Shown here: piece after piece, positions 1-13,080 of the stretch
Layout: every line of letters starts with the position of its first letter
Position numbering within the stretch: the stretch's first letter is position 1
Origin: Antedon mediterranea
Taxonomy: Eukaryota > Animalia > Echinodermata
Direction of reading: 5' to 3'
DNA: 64,000 nt
Assembly: GCF_964355755.1 (NCBI RefSeq)
Contig: NC_092680.1
Coordinates: 3,224,001 to 3,288,000, forward strand
Position numbers and translations under genes: made by a program
The notes under the pieces: generated by a model
The model's database searches: none
What the model saw: only the letters and a program-made list of their open reading frames with translations
What the model was told of the DNA's origin: nothing

Positions 1-123
1 AAATGATTTCACTTATAAAAAGAACAACGAAACGGTACTTTTAACAAAAACCTATTATCTGACAATTTAAGACCCTAAGTATCCTTTGCTTTAAATATAT
101 ATCTCTTTAACGTTAACTTGGTA

Positions 124-186
124 AGATTAACACTAACAGACTAGATTAACACTAACAGACTAGATTAACACTAACAGACTAGGTTA
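124..186 (+). repeat. 20-bp tandem repeat (3 copies)
   Basis: Unit AGATTAACACTAACAGACT(T/A) repeated three times. Confidence 0.85.
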
Positions 187-1256
187 AATACAAAACTAAC
201 TAATAAAATTTACACGCACACATACGTGTAAGATAAAGTACGTACGGAATACTTACTTATTGGGTTTTATTTGTTACCGTAATTCTTTTTTCTTATTATA
301 ATTAACCATAGAACGTACATGTCTTTCTTTCTTTCTTTTTTTTATTCAATTGTTCACACTTCCAAAACAAAAATACAAGTTATGTGAAACAATGATAACA
401 GGTATCATAGTAATAAACAATAAGGTAATCAAACTAATTTAAACAAAATATATAGAGATACTTGTACTTTAAAAAAACAAAGAAGTGTGAAAGGAGGTCA
501 AATAAATAAGTATGATACTTTAAGCTTGACCCCCTAACAAGACTGCAGGTTACGGTACATGACAAAAAACAGCACATGTAACAGAACATTTAAGAAAATG
601 AATGACTTTATTTTTTTTTAAAGTAATACATTTGCATTATTTTTACAAAACATCAATGATATTACGTGTCTTGAAATATAGAATGTAATCTGAGTACTAA
701 ACTGACATTAAATTATGAGTTGTGTGCTACCAAGTAATATAGGAATGAAGCAGTAGTTTTCTATTATAACATTATACAAGTATTGCCATCGTCTACTATT
801 ATAAGGTTTGCATGGTAGCTTTGTGTACACTGCCCAAATATGGTGGTGATATGACATCATCATGTCCATATATGGGCACATGACATGTTTTTGTCACATA
901 AAGTTTGATAGTGTAGACAGAGGTTAACACAGCTTATAAGACGTATTGTATTCATTGATCACATGATTCACTATTGCGTTTATCTCTAGGCCTACTCGGT
1001 GTCGTTTCTTATATTATTTCTGAATAACTTAATTATGCGGTGTTCTCTATGAATAATTTAGGCCTACAGTAAGTCTAAGGAAGATACAAAGTTACACGTG
1101 TAATTTCCGGATTTAAAAGTAGTAAAAAAGTCACTGAAGAAACAAATGAGAATCTCTGTAAGTTCGTAAACTCCAACTTTCATCCTATTTTATTTATTTA
1201 TTTCTATTGACATTCAGGAACTTTGCACCATAGTACTATTTTCTCTACAACGCATA

Positions 1257-2243
1257 TCAAACATAGGAATTATTAACTATTCCATTACTACTATGGGATG
1301 TTACAGATACATTATGCGATCTACCACCAACATCTCGTCTCAGTAGCCCACGTAATTTACATCGAATCTTATCCAAACCACGTCGAAAATCTTTCATCTT
1401 TGCGCCATAGACAATTGGGTTAATGCACATATTTGATGTGTACAGGAGAACAGTTATTTCGTGTTCAACAATAGTGCTGAATTCGAAACATTGGCAGATG
1501 ATATAAACCAGATAGAGTGTGAAGTTTGGAGAACTAGTGCAAATGAACACAATCACCACGAAACACATTGTGTAAGCAAGGTTTTTGTACATAGACGCGT
1601 CTGATGTAGAATGACTCTGCCGCCAGTTGTCAGAACTGCGTATCTCCCAAATTGCTCTACCTTTGCAGCATATCATTATGCATGTCGGAATAAAAAACAA
1701 TGTTAAGAAGATACAAATGCCAGAGGCAAAGCGGACCTTATTATTTGGGTAATTGTAGAGACACTCGCCGGACTTATCTTCGTTTATGTCTGCGAGTATT
1801 GCAAGATGAAAGACGATCAAAGCGCCAATGACGTGAGGTGTTATATATATTATGCAAACAATTAAGATGGGTTTATCCTTGAACTTGAATGGATACATGA
1901 TTGACAGGTACCTCTCAATGGTGATCACCACCAGGTTGTATGTGGATGTGACTGCGAAGAACCAAAACAGCATGCGACCTTTGCAGAAGACTGTTCCAAT
2001 TTCTCCATCTGGTGCGTCTTGGTTGTAAAAGAACAGAAACGTACAACACCCAAACAAATCTAGAAAAGACTGCTGAACGATCAAACCATGGACTAAAGAC
2101 TTCTTGTACATTCTTATGTAAAGGAAAACTCCAGTGACGACAGTATTAAGCACGATTCCAACGCCTATGACTACAAAACGTAGAGTTATGAGCCATACTG
2201 AGTCGTCGAGCTGATGAGTGCTGTTGTCGGTTTCGTTTTCCAT
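1257..2243 (-). CDS. Class A (rhodopsin-like) GPCR, intronless CDS, ligand unknown
   Basis: 328-aa ORF with seven hydrophobic segments, N-terminal N-glycosylation sites (NET, NST), TM2 Asp (SFLDL), TM3 Cys and ITIERY (E/DRY), and TM7 NPIVY. A splice acceptor lies just upstream of the ATG. Confidence 0.92.
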   Translation of the reverse strand: MENETDNSTHQLDDSVWLITLRFVVIGVGIVLNTVVTGVFLYIRMYKKSLVHGLIVQQSFLDLFGCCTFLFFYNQDAPDGEIGTVFCKGRMLFWFFAVTSTYNLVVITIERYLSIMYPFKFKDKPILIVCIIYITPHVIGALIVFHLAILADINEDKSGECLYNYPNNKVRFASGICIFLTLFFIPTCIMICCKGRAIWEIRSSDNWRQSHSTSDASMYKNLAYTMCFVVIVFICTSSPNFTLYLVYIICQCFEFSTIVEHEITVLLYTSNMCINPIVYGAKMKDFRRGLDKIRCKLRGLLRRDVGGRSHNVSVTSHSSNGIVNNSYV

Positions 2244-3902
2244 GACTGAATCTGTGAAAATTGTAATTTATTATAGAAGAGATAATTTTTCTTTTTTGTT
2301 GTTGTTTAACTGCCTGTCTTCACAAATCATTGTGTTTATTTATCTACGAATAAAATATTATACATTAACAAAACATTCTTTAAAATGTGTATATACCCAA
2401 TGGACAAAAGCAGTAAATAAATGATAAATAGTGTAAACTATTTACTCAAGAACGTGATGAAATGTTATACAGTATGGTATATTTGTTCATTGACCTACTG
2501 TACAAATATAGTCTTTTTATAAGTATTGAATTTTATTATCTTATTGCTGCAAGCAGAAGTGAATCTAACAAAGAAGAAAACACGGAAGTGAAATGAATGG
2601 TTATTCAGATAACGGAACACCACAACAACTTATCTTAAATAGGCTTGGGGTTGGTGGGGGGGGGGGGGTGTTGTTTATAGGAGGGTTGCAGCTAAATCGT
2701 TCATGTATTACAGAGCTGATTACTCACTAAATGAATGCCCATTACATTGCAAGTCTAGTGCAAAACTCCAAACCAATTGAACACGTGTTTTGCCACAATA
2801 CTTTTACTTATACTGGTAAATTTTAAATGTTCATTAATTATACCATATTGCTTTGTTTCACATCAATAAATAAAAATAAAAAGAGCATCAATCAAGTTCA
2901 TTACCAGTTCTCAATCCTGACCAGAAATAGGCCTATTGAAATTTTGTGAGAGGATATTGTTAAAATTAAAGTCTGTTTGAACTATTTCTACTACCTATTT
3001 CTAATATTACGATCTGAGATTATCATGTTTAAAAACTACCAATAAAGCGACTAATCTAGTAGGCCTACCTTACATTAGCTCTAGTTATTTTCGTTTGACA
3101 TACTTGTCCAAGCTAGTCACTTAGAATACAAGGAGAAGGAAATATAATGGCATTTTATTAATGAATGCGTTGATACAAAAGTAAAGTGTAGTTAGCTTGC
3201 ATGAATTGTTCTGAATTTGAATGTATAGTGTGTTGTTAACAAAAGCTTTACAGGCCTGCACGTCACAAACATTACCCTGTAAAAAAGGGGATTTTCTGGT
3301 ATATTCATTTGCCTTTTACTAACCATGCTAAAAATAACTTGGAAATTTGAATTTAAGGTTATTTTAAAAATAAATGTCAATAACAAGACATAGCTTTGAA
3401 ATTAGATTATGGAAAAGAGTCAAAATCCGAGTTTTATTCGAATTAGGTAAGCAGGCAACGCGTACGGCACGTCCATTTTTATTTATTAAAAATCTAATTT
3501 AAAAAGACTGGTTCGGCTATGTATGACGTACGACCTTTGTTTAAAGATATATGGTCCACCTAAAAAAACATTTTCAATTGTTTTTATTGAATATGCCATT
3601 TTAATGTCACATACTTTGACCAAAAACTGGATCGAAAAGAACATTTTTACCTGAGAAAATGTAATTTAAAGTAAAACATAGTCAAATTGGCTGCCAGCCT
3701 ATGGGTTTTTGGTTGAATATAACGGTGGTTTATTTTGTCATTTAAGTGAAAATATTATTTTTTCGGGGTTTTTTTCTACGGAAGTGATTAACTTTGTTAA
3801 AACTACAAAATGGCCTATAGGGATTTTATTATGATAATGATATTGATATAAAGTTGCGATACACCACGTATATAATATATAGTTCTGAAAAGAACTGTTG
3901 CG

Positions 3903-3948
3903 TTCACAACGTTTCGATCAATATACTTTGATCGTCCTCAGGAGTTTG
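3903..3948 (-). ncRNA. Penelope-type minimal hammerhead ribozyme motif, probably degenerate
   Basis: The minus strand reads CTGAGGA-C-GATCAA(AGTATA)TTGATC-GAAAC-GTT: core boxes flanking stem II. Stem I is poor. Confidence 0.5.
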
Positions 3949-4563
3949 AAGGTCTCCTTCCAAAAAACACTTGTGACGGGTAGCCAGTTGTTAACAAGTT
4001 GTAGGTCTAATCATATTTATCAGGATAGTGAAAGAACAACCTTTCTCCCATAATAATAGATTCGTACGTACAATAACGCCTAGATACACAACCCAAAAAC
4101 AAAACAGTGCGTGTCTTGTTTATATTATAATTATTATCTTTGATGCAATGCCAACAAGTGTTGTCAAACCAACTTTATTTTGTAAGGCTGATTAAGCTAC
4201 ATTATACTTGTTCCGTTTCACGGAACGGAAGACGGTGACGTTCAATTTTTTATAATATGATTTTCCATTATTTAACAAGACGGTTCCGTCTACTGTTCCG
4301 TAAAACGGAACAAGACAGCCGATACAATATATATTAGCATGGTGAAAATGAATTGTTTAGTTTAAGTGCGATTATAAGTTGGAAAAAAAACAGCAAGGAT
4401 GCTCAGTACTCACCAATTGAAAAAGTGTCGAGAGGTTATTTTTTTTTAATCGAAACAAAAAAAGCTTTGTAATGGCATGGCTTATTGGATAAGACCTACT
4501 TTAATGTGCGGTGTGGTGAGACCGGTAGATCTACTTTTTTGCTGGTAACACACAGATAGCAAT

Positions 4564-7500
4564 ATGTCGTATGTGCTGATACTAGTTTTTAGTTTTTTTG
4601 TTCCTATGGCGATATCAGATATAGAATGTAAGTATCTAATCATTAGGGCTACATACTGTACGATAATGTAGACGCGCCTATATCAGAATAATATTGACCA
4701 AGAGATAAGGTAGAACGCACTTCATGGATTTTCTAATATTCAGAAAGCAGTAGGTTAGTAATTAACACCTATGCCTAAATCCTCGTAATCAGTTTATTTA
4801 GGCAAAAATTCAATCATAATACTGACAAACCATTGTGTTACGTCTTTCGTATCAATGGCGGATAACGAAAACAAGCCTCGATGAATTTCTTAATAATAAT
4901 AACAGCCTTTTTAAGCGTGATTCCCATTAGAGCGCAAGCACGTTTCGCGCAACGCAAGCGAGTTGAACAATGACAAGCCACTGTTCAAATAATCTATCGC
5001 TTGTGATTGGAATGGTCAAATCACTTATGTTGCGTTACGCTAGTGGGAACCAAGCTTTAGGGCGCACGTACGTTCATGATCATAGTATGAAACTTGAGGC
5101 CATAGGGTCCGGGTGTAATCAACCTATTAAATACACCCCCGGGTCGAGGTAGAAAAAAGGTTGGCTGTATACAACAATGTTTGTTTCTTCTCTAAGCCCC
5201 TACACTCATGTTTTTGTTTTCTTTATGAAACCACAGCGTACTTGTACTTGGCTTGTATTTATTTGTCTGTATTTAAATGTAACCTTGTCGTCATAAAAGT
5301 TGTGTAACATTTCGGTACACAAACAATGATTTGCAAACGCATGAATTGAAATTAATCTACGGATTATTGTTACATTTTCAATACCGGATCAAACGGATAC
5401 AAAGGTGTTTAAACGTGTGCGGTTTTCTTTGATCAAAACAAATATTTTTCCGGTGACTTATATTTTTTAGATCTTTCTATAATAACGTTATGCTGTATAT
5501 ACTACGTTCTCTTAAGAAAACGTATGGCAATATGGCGATTGTGCGAATAATCGTGTTTAGTTTTATTGTTCCTGTGGTGATTTCTAATATGGAACGTAAG
5601 TTAGCCATCTTTATTTAATTATTTATTATTTAGTTCACCATATTTCAAGAAAATGACCCAACCAGCGTTAGCTGTTTCTGACGCCCAACAAGGAGAGACA
5701 CCAAACGTGACAACAAAAGCGTATTATTTATAAAATCCACTCTGTGTGTACACTGTAGACACAGCTTTATGCAAATTGGAGTTAGATGATCTCAGGCGAC
5801 GATCTCAAGTCTTTTTTTCTTAATGTTTAGGTGTAATATTCTCATGTACATTCGAAGACAATTTATGTGATTTCAATGTAATTACTTTACAAAATGCACG
5901 ATGGCATACAGACAATCGAGGCAAGTATATCCATCATTATTTCGCTAGTTTAAAATGAGTTAAGTGAGTACCATGAGCTGATTGTAATGATGACGCTGGT
6001 TACCACTACAAGCTTTAACGAAAAACTTTCGGGGCCAAGCAAAGTGTCCCCCTCAATATGGGTTGGCCGTATTGTTAAAGCATATATTTCTCGCTGGAAA
6101 CTGTCTCTTAAATAAGGGTTCCCAAAGTAGGGGTTCTTCTAGGCCTACTGTATTTTCCATTATGTTAACAAACCGTAGGCCTACAGTTTGCCGGTACTGC
6201 CTGCCGTTTGGTGAAACGGAACAGATGTGAATACAGCGTGACACTGACTTCCCTTCTTACACGAGATTCCACAACAGCTTGATTAGGAATGATGACTCTT
6301 AATAATATAATATTTCTTAATCAGGATTTGCGTTCGTGGACAAGATCAATACGTTAATACCCGATGCAGGAAATGCCGTAATGGCTACACCACTCTTAGA
6401 AGCCAAGCGTTTAAAGATATCGTTTAACTATGCTCTTTATGGTGAGGATGTGATCTACCTGCAGACTGATTATCGTATTGGCGGGAAGGTATTTCTTCTT
6501 CATTGGAGTCCAGTTCAGAGAAGCGATGAATGGAATGAGTTCGTGGGAGAATTCAATGCTTCATCGCCATTCAGTGTATGTTACTAACCAATTTATTAAA
6601 GAGTAATTCTGGTAACATTTTAAGTTAGAAACATGTGTGATGACACAGTTCACTAAAACTTCCTTCTAAACTAAAACAAAACTGGTATATGAAGCACTGT
6701 CTTCACAATGTGCCCAAATATGGAAGTGATATGCCTAAATATGGTAGAGATATGTTATATGGGCATATTACATTATGTTGTCACATATAAAGTTTGATAA
6801 TGTAGACAGATCTTAACGCGCACCAGACTGCCATTAAATATCGTATCCGGATATTCACCCCCTGGACATTTACCCCCCGGACAACTACCCCCCGGACAAC
6901 CACCACCTGGACCACTACCCCCTTAGGACAACTACCCCTTTAGGACAACTACCCCCCGGACAAATACCCCCCGGACAACTACCCCCTTAGGACAACAACC
7001 CCCTTAGGACAACTACCCCCCGGACAATTACCCCCTAGGAACAATTACCCCCCGGACAATTACCCCCCGGACAATTACCCCCCGGACAATTACCCCCCGG
7101 ACAATTACCACCCAGAAAACTATCCCTTTAGAACACCCTAACCACCCAGACCATTCAACAACCTGACTCTGCAACTATTAATTAATAACTATATTTTAAT
7201 TCGTTACTTTGACGAATTACTATTCATTATTGTAAACAAAAGTAAAAGATTGAACATAAATATAGCCTGGTGGTATAAACTGAAGATTGTCACACATGAT
7301 CATAGGATAGTCGAACGTATTATATAGTACTCCATGTATTTACTGTAAAGACTGGGTTCGCTAATAATAATAATAATTTTTGCGTCAGGACAATGCTTCG
7401 ATAACCACTGGTCTTAAAAGAATTAATTTTTGTCTCAAATTTGTCATATATGTATTTTTGTACACTTGAAGAATAATATCACTTTTGATATTTGACCTCA

Positions 7501-10500
7501 ATGTTCACTCACCGAATAAACGTCGATCTTTAAATAAATTCCCCTCAAATAAACGGTGACCATGTCACTCCCATGAAACATCATATGGAATAATCGGCGT
7601 CTATTTCCATTAGATTATACCCCCTCCCATTGAATAAACAACTTTCTTCCAATAAATGTCCACCTAAAACCACCTAAACAATAAACAGCCCAGGCCGTTT
7701 TTTCAATAAATACGGTACTTTAAATCTAGCACATCTAGGGTCTAGCGTGCTGTTAAACAGAATAATCGGTTAAAAACGGGTGTTTCGAAACTAGAGACCC
7801 GAGACCAGAGACCCGAGACCCAATACGAAAAGGGAGACCTAAATATACGAAAAGGGAGACCCACGTACGAAAAGGGAGACCCCACTATACGAAAAGGGAG
7901 ACCCTAATATACGAAAATGGAGACCTAAATATATGAAAAGGGAGACCAAATAAACGAAAAGGGAGACCCAAATATACGAAATGGGAGACCTAAATATACG
8001 AAAAGGGAGACCCACTATAAGAAAAGGGAGACCCCACTATACGAAAAGAGAGACCACACTATACGAAAAGGGAGACCCTAATATACGAAAAGGGAGACCC
8101 AAATATAGGTCTCCCTTTTCGTATTGGGTCTCGTGTCAGGTCTCTGGTCTCGGGTCTCTAGTTTCGAAACACCCGTTAAAAACAGATGATTTCATTTTTA
8201 CAGAAACCGGTCCTATATATTTGTCTACTTTTGGATTGGAGGGGGGGTAGTTGACCGGGGGGTAGTTTACCGGGGGGGTAGTTGACCGGGGGGTAGTTGA
8301 CCGGGGGGTAGTTGACCGGGGGGTAGTTGACCGGGGGGTAGTTATCCTAAGGGGGTAGTTGTCCTAAGGGGGTGGTTGTCCGGGGGGTAGTTGTCCGGGG
8401 GGTTGTTATCCTAAGGGGGTAGTTGTCCTAAGGGGGTAGTTGTCCGGGGGATAGTTGTCCGGGGGGTAGTTGTCCTAAGGGGGTAGTTGTCCGGGTGGTA
8501 AACATCCGGGGGGTAACTGTCTAGGGGGTAGGTGTCCTAGAACCATTAAATATTAATGTTATTGTATAATTCAGTGAGGCTCTGAAGTAAAGAGAGTTGT
8601 AGCACCCTCTATAGTTTACTTTAACACATTGGGAGCTTCCAGATTTTATTATAAAATTTTATATAAATTAACCGTTTCTTCTTCTTTTATAGCCTTCTAT
8701 CTTCTCTTAACTTCATTACATAGACTTTCCCAAAGTGTATTTGTTGTGTTCACCAGTTTCTGTAAACTATTCTCCCAGGTTGCAAACAAAATGTATCCGA
8801 CCATATCAATCGCCGTCTATAGCAGAGAGTTGACACAAGAGTGAGTGAGTGAGTGGCCGAGCGGTTAAGACAGTGGAACCGTAATTACGTAGCCATAACA
8901 TCGGCAGGGGTTCGAGGCTCACTCACTCTATGATTCTGGTGGTAGAGCGAGTCTTCTCGGATAAGGACTATAAACCGTACACTTTAAAGAACCTAGTAGG
9001 CCTACATCTTTCGAGACGAGTAGGGGTTACCCCGGTGTAATTAGTACATCACAGCCACTGATCACCAACTGGGCCCTCTGGGAGACCAGTATTTGACTGA
9101 AGAAGGTTACCCAGTATAAATATAAATTTCAATCAATCAATCATAGAATAGCCATCCATCAATACAAACTATAATCTTAAATATAAATGAAGCCTAAATG
9201 GTACATCTGGTTAGGTACTATTGCACATTTGTAATTTATGCTTAGGAGCATTGAAAAGTTAATAACAATAAAGTGAAAGAAATTAAATTAAATGAAACGA
9301 GCTTTTTACATAATAAGCCTGTCGACTTCCCTTTGATGTTTACGATACACAAAATGCAGGTTAAGTAGCCACAAGGAAATTATAACATATTACTATAATG
9401 TGGATATATTTTCCCCAGAAAATGTATACTCCTGTGGTAAACATATGGTACACTCATTAAAGCTGTTTAGGTTTTGTTTTAGAAAAAAAATACCAAAAAT
9501 AAAGGAAAACAAGTAGAGAGTTGGAAAATGTCCCACAACATTGAAATATACTACGTACCGATAGACAAAGTAGTACATTCATGAAAGGCCTACTGAAAAT
9601 ACAACAAAGCTATACAAGGGATCTAGAATGTTAGATAATAACAACCAATCTTCAAAATATCAAAAAGAATTCATAATTTATTCAAATGGTAGAGCATGCG
9701 GCCCCGCTGGCTCAAGCCCATCCTAAGTTTGTAACAATATTTTTAGTATAACATTTCATCACCATTCGGTGCCACAAGTTACCAATAACAGAGTTTAGCA
9801 AGAGTTGAAATCGGTGTTTTATAATGTTTAGAATTCAAAGATATAATCAAGATAATGGAATTGTAGAACATTAAGAGAAAACATGATATAAAGCCTAGCA
9901 CTATTTATGAAAGCCTTTGCCTAGCTTTAGACTTAAAATCTCCGGGATAAAAAACGTCGTTGCCTTACAAAAGCTCTGACATAGCCTGAATAACGATTAT
10001 TTTTCTCCCGGTAGGTGAGATTTTCTGCTGTCAAAAGAAATGGCGGTGATTATTTCATGGCCATAGACAACGTAACGTTAATTGAACTACTTGGTAAGTT
10101 TGTTTATGTATTCTTAATTTATTTTGCTTTGTTTCTGATTTGGCTCTAATTTAATTTCTCTCCCCATCCCCATTGTCATAGATTTACTGTATCTTATCTA
10201 CTTACATCAATGCATGCATAAAATTTTGACATATTGAATCAAATCATTAGTTTATGAAACTTTCGGTTCTTATATGATACAAATGCTTTCTGTTTTGTTG
10301 AAATTACCATGTAATATAAATCAGTATGTAGTTAAGTTAAATGTTGACATAGTTATGCTTTATTAAAAGACCCTGATGTTACTCATACTGATGGAATGGT
10401 GAACGTCGGCCTACCTACAACCTCGCCTTCAACGAGTCCAACACAAGCTGGTAATGTACCAACAAGTACTTTTGTTGAGGGAAATCAGAGTTCTACAGTA

Positions 10501-13080
10501 ACAATTGTATCGTCAGGCAGAGGTACCAGTATATCGAAACTTTAAAGATATATTGTCCCCCTAAACATTTTTTTTCACATTTGTCGTTGAATATGCTATT
10601 TTAATGTCACGTGATAGTTATAAACTGGATCGAAAAAAAATTACTTACTTACTTACAAATGTAAATTGGAGTTAAAATTAACCGTTTCGTTTGTCTTTTT
10701 TTATAAGTGACATAATTATTTATTTTTTTACAGAAATAAATAACTTTATTAAAACTGCAAAATGGCCTATTTAAAGTCTGATTTTATTAATCTTCATTTT
10801 TCATGTTTTTGGGGGACAATACATCTTTAGTGTTTTAGCAAGATCTTAAAAATAACATGTATACATAATATGCACATAATTCTGAAATTTGAACAACAAC
10901 ATGTTTGATGTTCATATCGCATGTTGTAGCTTGTTTACATATCACAGACATATATGAATGAATGAATCATAAATAAGCAAGTCATGAACGTCGAGTTTTG
11001 CTTTTGCACTGTCAAACAAAATGAGTTAAGTGAGAGTCTGGAGGAGTGAGAGTCTGGTAATTCATACCTAACTTCATACAAAATATATCTGTAGATTCTA
11101 AATTGATATTCTTATAAACTGTTTCGCAAACAATTCCATCTTAAATTGTATTAAACATTGTCAGATTGTAAATTCTTTATCTTATTTCTATCTATTTTAG
11201 AAAGAACTTTAGTTCAGACAAATGGCATTTCAAAGTTGAATACATCAGATCAACGACTAGGTAATGTACTTATGTAGTATATTAAATAGTCACTACGTTC
11301 AAAACTACAAACAACAACTAAATACTTTTAATATAATCGTATACATTATAAAAACCAATATCGGCATTACTAGCAATAATGAAAGAGGAGGTATTATACA
11401 TATTTAACCACTGAGCAATAAGCCTATAGGGTAATGTAAAAATAGTGGTGAAATAGGCCTACGTGCTAAAACAGTCAAGTAACCAGATTTAAACCTACAC
11501 AATCATGTGACACATTTGTACAGATTGTTTCTCATTGATTTGACCAATCACACGCGATGGATTATTCGAACAGTGGCTTGTCATTGGTCAACTCGCTTGC
11601 GTTGCTCGTACGTCCTTGCGTTGCGTCTCTAGTGCAGTGGAAATCATGCTTCAAGCTTGGTTCCCACTAGAACGTAACGCAAGGACGTAAACGCAACGCA
11701 AGCGTTTTAACCAATGACAAGCGAAGTTATAGACAGTTAGCAATCACAAGCGAATAAGCCATTGCTTGTGATTGGTCAATTCACTTGCGTTGCGTTACGT
11801 CCTTGCGTTACGTTCTAGTGGGAACCAAGCTTTAGAGCGAAACTCAGTTTCAATTTTATTTGATCTTACTTATGATCAATAAATATTACAAATGACTTGT
11901 TATGACCATCTGATCTAGTCATTATAACTCCATTTATTGCATATTATAACAATTAAAATATAAAGTATGTATTAATATCCTTTTATTTCATTAAATTAGA
12001 TATAACCTAACCATTATATTTTAGCTCTTATTTGGCTTTACGTTGCTATTGGATTTGTATCTATAACAGTTGCCTGTCTTCTTCTCGTTTTCATTTTCGT
12101 ACGTTCAACAATAAATGGGTAAGATCAATTATTATCTATTTATTTATTTGCCTTTCATTGATGAAATGTGTTCAGACAATAATAGGATAAATTATTATAA
12201 AGGATTATTTGTAAATAATAATAATAAAACTAAAAACAAATAGAAGAAATATCTCCATTGTATATACAATTTTCTACCATTTATAGCTAACAATTCTAAA
12301 GATGGAATATGTTTATACTTTTTTGTGCAAATGTTATTTATCAATATATTTTCCTATGATTTTATATCAACAACAATAACAACTCAAATTTTATCATATA
12401 AGTTACCCTTTTGTAAACATTACAAGAACAATTTCCTTATTAATATCTAATACATTTATTAAAATAATATGCCATTGTTTTGGTTTTTTTTAAACAGTAA
12501 AAGAACATCTGTTAAAAGTGGCGAAATTTCAAGAGGTTTACAATCAGAAAATCATCTATACGAGAATATTGACAATACACTTTATATAACTGATCAAATG
12601 ACAAGTTGTTGGAAAAGATTTTTTAAATGTCCGGACGCTGTTAGTTCAGGAGAACAACATATTGTCCACAAAGAAGAAACCGCATTGTCTTATAAAAGAA
12701 ACGATTCAACGAGTTCTAACACTGAAATTAGGTCACTGTCACAAGACCCGATCTCTGCAAATTGGACACAAAACCTAAATTATGCACATTCTTCAGGGGT
12801 TCCCCAGTGTGATATAAGAAATAACGATTTTTTTCTAAACAACTCTCTGGAAGCGACTAAACAAAATGAAGATAGCAAAGATTATCTTGAAGAAGAACCA
12901 CACTATTATGTGCTTCCGTGTAATAATGACACTTCTATCTCTTCGGCAAACTCAGAGCACAAAGATGAGCGATCAACAACCACAAAACATACCTATGCTA
13001 TGGTCCAAAAAAGACCAAGCAACACAGTATGGGAAGAAAATCCAATTTATGAAGCAGGCGATGTTGATGAATTAGCTTAA
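4564..13080 (+). CDS. Single-pass type I membrane protein: signal peptide, MAM domain, Ser/Thr stalk, TM and Tyr-motif cytoplasmic tail
   Basis: Phase-consistent exon chain read by eye: 4564-4627 or 5532-5595 (signal), 5831-5920 (VIFSCTFEDNLCDF, MAM N-terminal motif), 6325-6575, 10015-10093 (YFMAIDNV, MAM C-terminal motif), 10370-10522 (S/T-rich), 11201-11260, 12025-12118 (TM LIWLYVAIGFVSITVACLLLVFIFV), 12498-13080 (tail with LYENI, TYAMV, WEENPIYE). AATAAA near 13443. Confidence 0.82.
6842..8544. mobile_element. Foldback/Mutator-like non-autonomous element with tandem-repeat arms
   Basis: The left arm has ~15-16-bp units (CCCCCCGGACAACTA) at ~6850-7140 and the reverse-complement array lies at ~8240-8544. 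9-bp TSD ATTAAATAT at 6833-6841 and 8545-8553. Confidence 0.85.
7778..8174. mobile_element. Nested Mutator-like MITE with an internal ~21-bp tandem array
   Basis: TIR GGGTGTTTCGAAACTAGAGACCCGAGACCAGAGACC with a 9-bp TSD GTTAAAAAC (7769-7777 and 8175-8183). Internal ATACGAAAAGGGAGACC repeats. Confidence 0.9.
8838..9145 (+). mobile_element. tRNA-derived SINE
   Basis: Pol III A-box-like TGGCCGAGCGG and B-box-like GGTTCGAGGC, an A/T-rich tail, and several dispersed copies. Confidence 0.85.
11654..11831. mobile_element. PIF/Harbinger MITE family B, near-perfect palindrome
   Basis: TIR AGCTTGGTTCCCACTAG with internal ACGCAA repeats. Related copies at ~4915-5057, 11540-11650, 16109-16320 and 40750-40850. 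Confidence 0.82.

Noticed and set aside
7981-8250. 89-aa ORF with IRKGRP repeats
   Set aside because: It is a translation of the nested MITE's internal tandem array.
8848-8935. tRNA gene
   Set aside because: A and B boxes are present but no clean cloverleaf, and it continues into a ~300-bp body repeated elsewhere, so it is a SINE head.
9380-9920. Possible LINE remnant (also ~32310-32510 and ~40090-40365)
   Set aside because: Only faint peptide hints are visible (for example LWNSLP near 40310). They are too decayed to classify or bound without a search.
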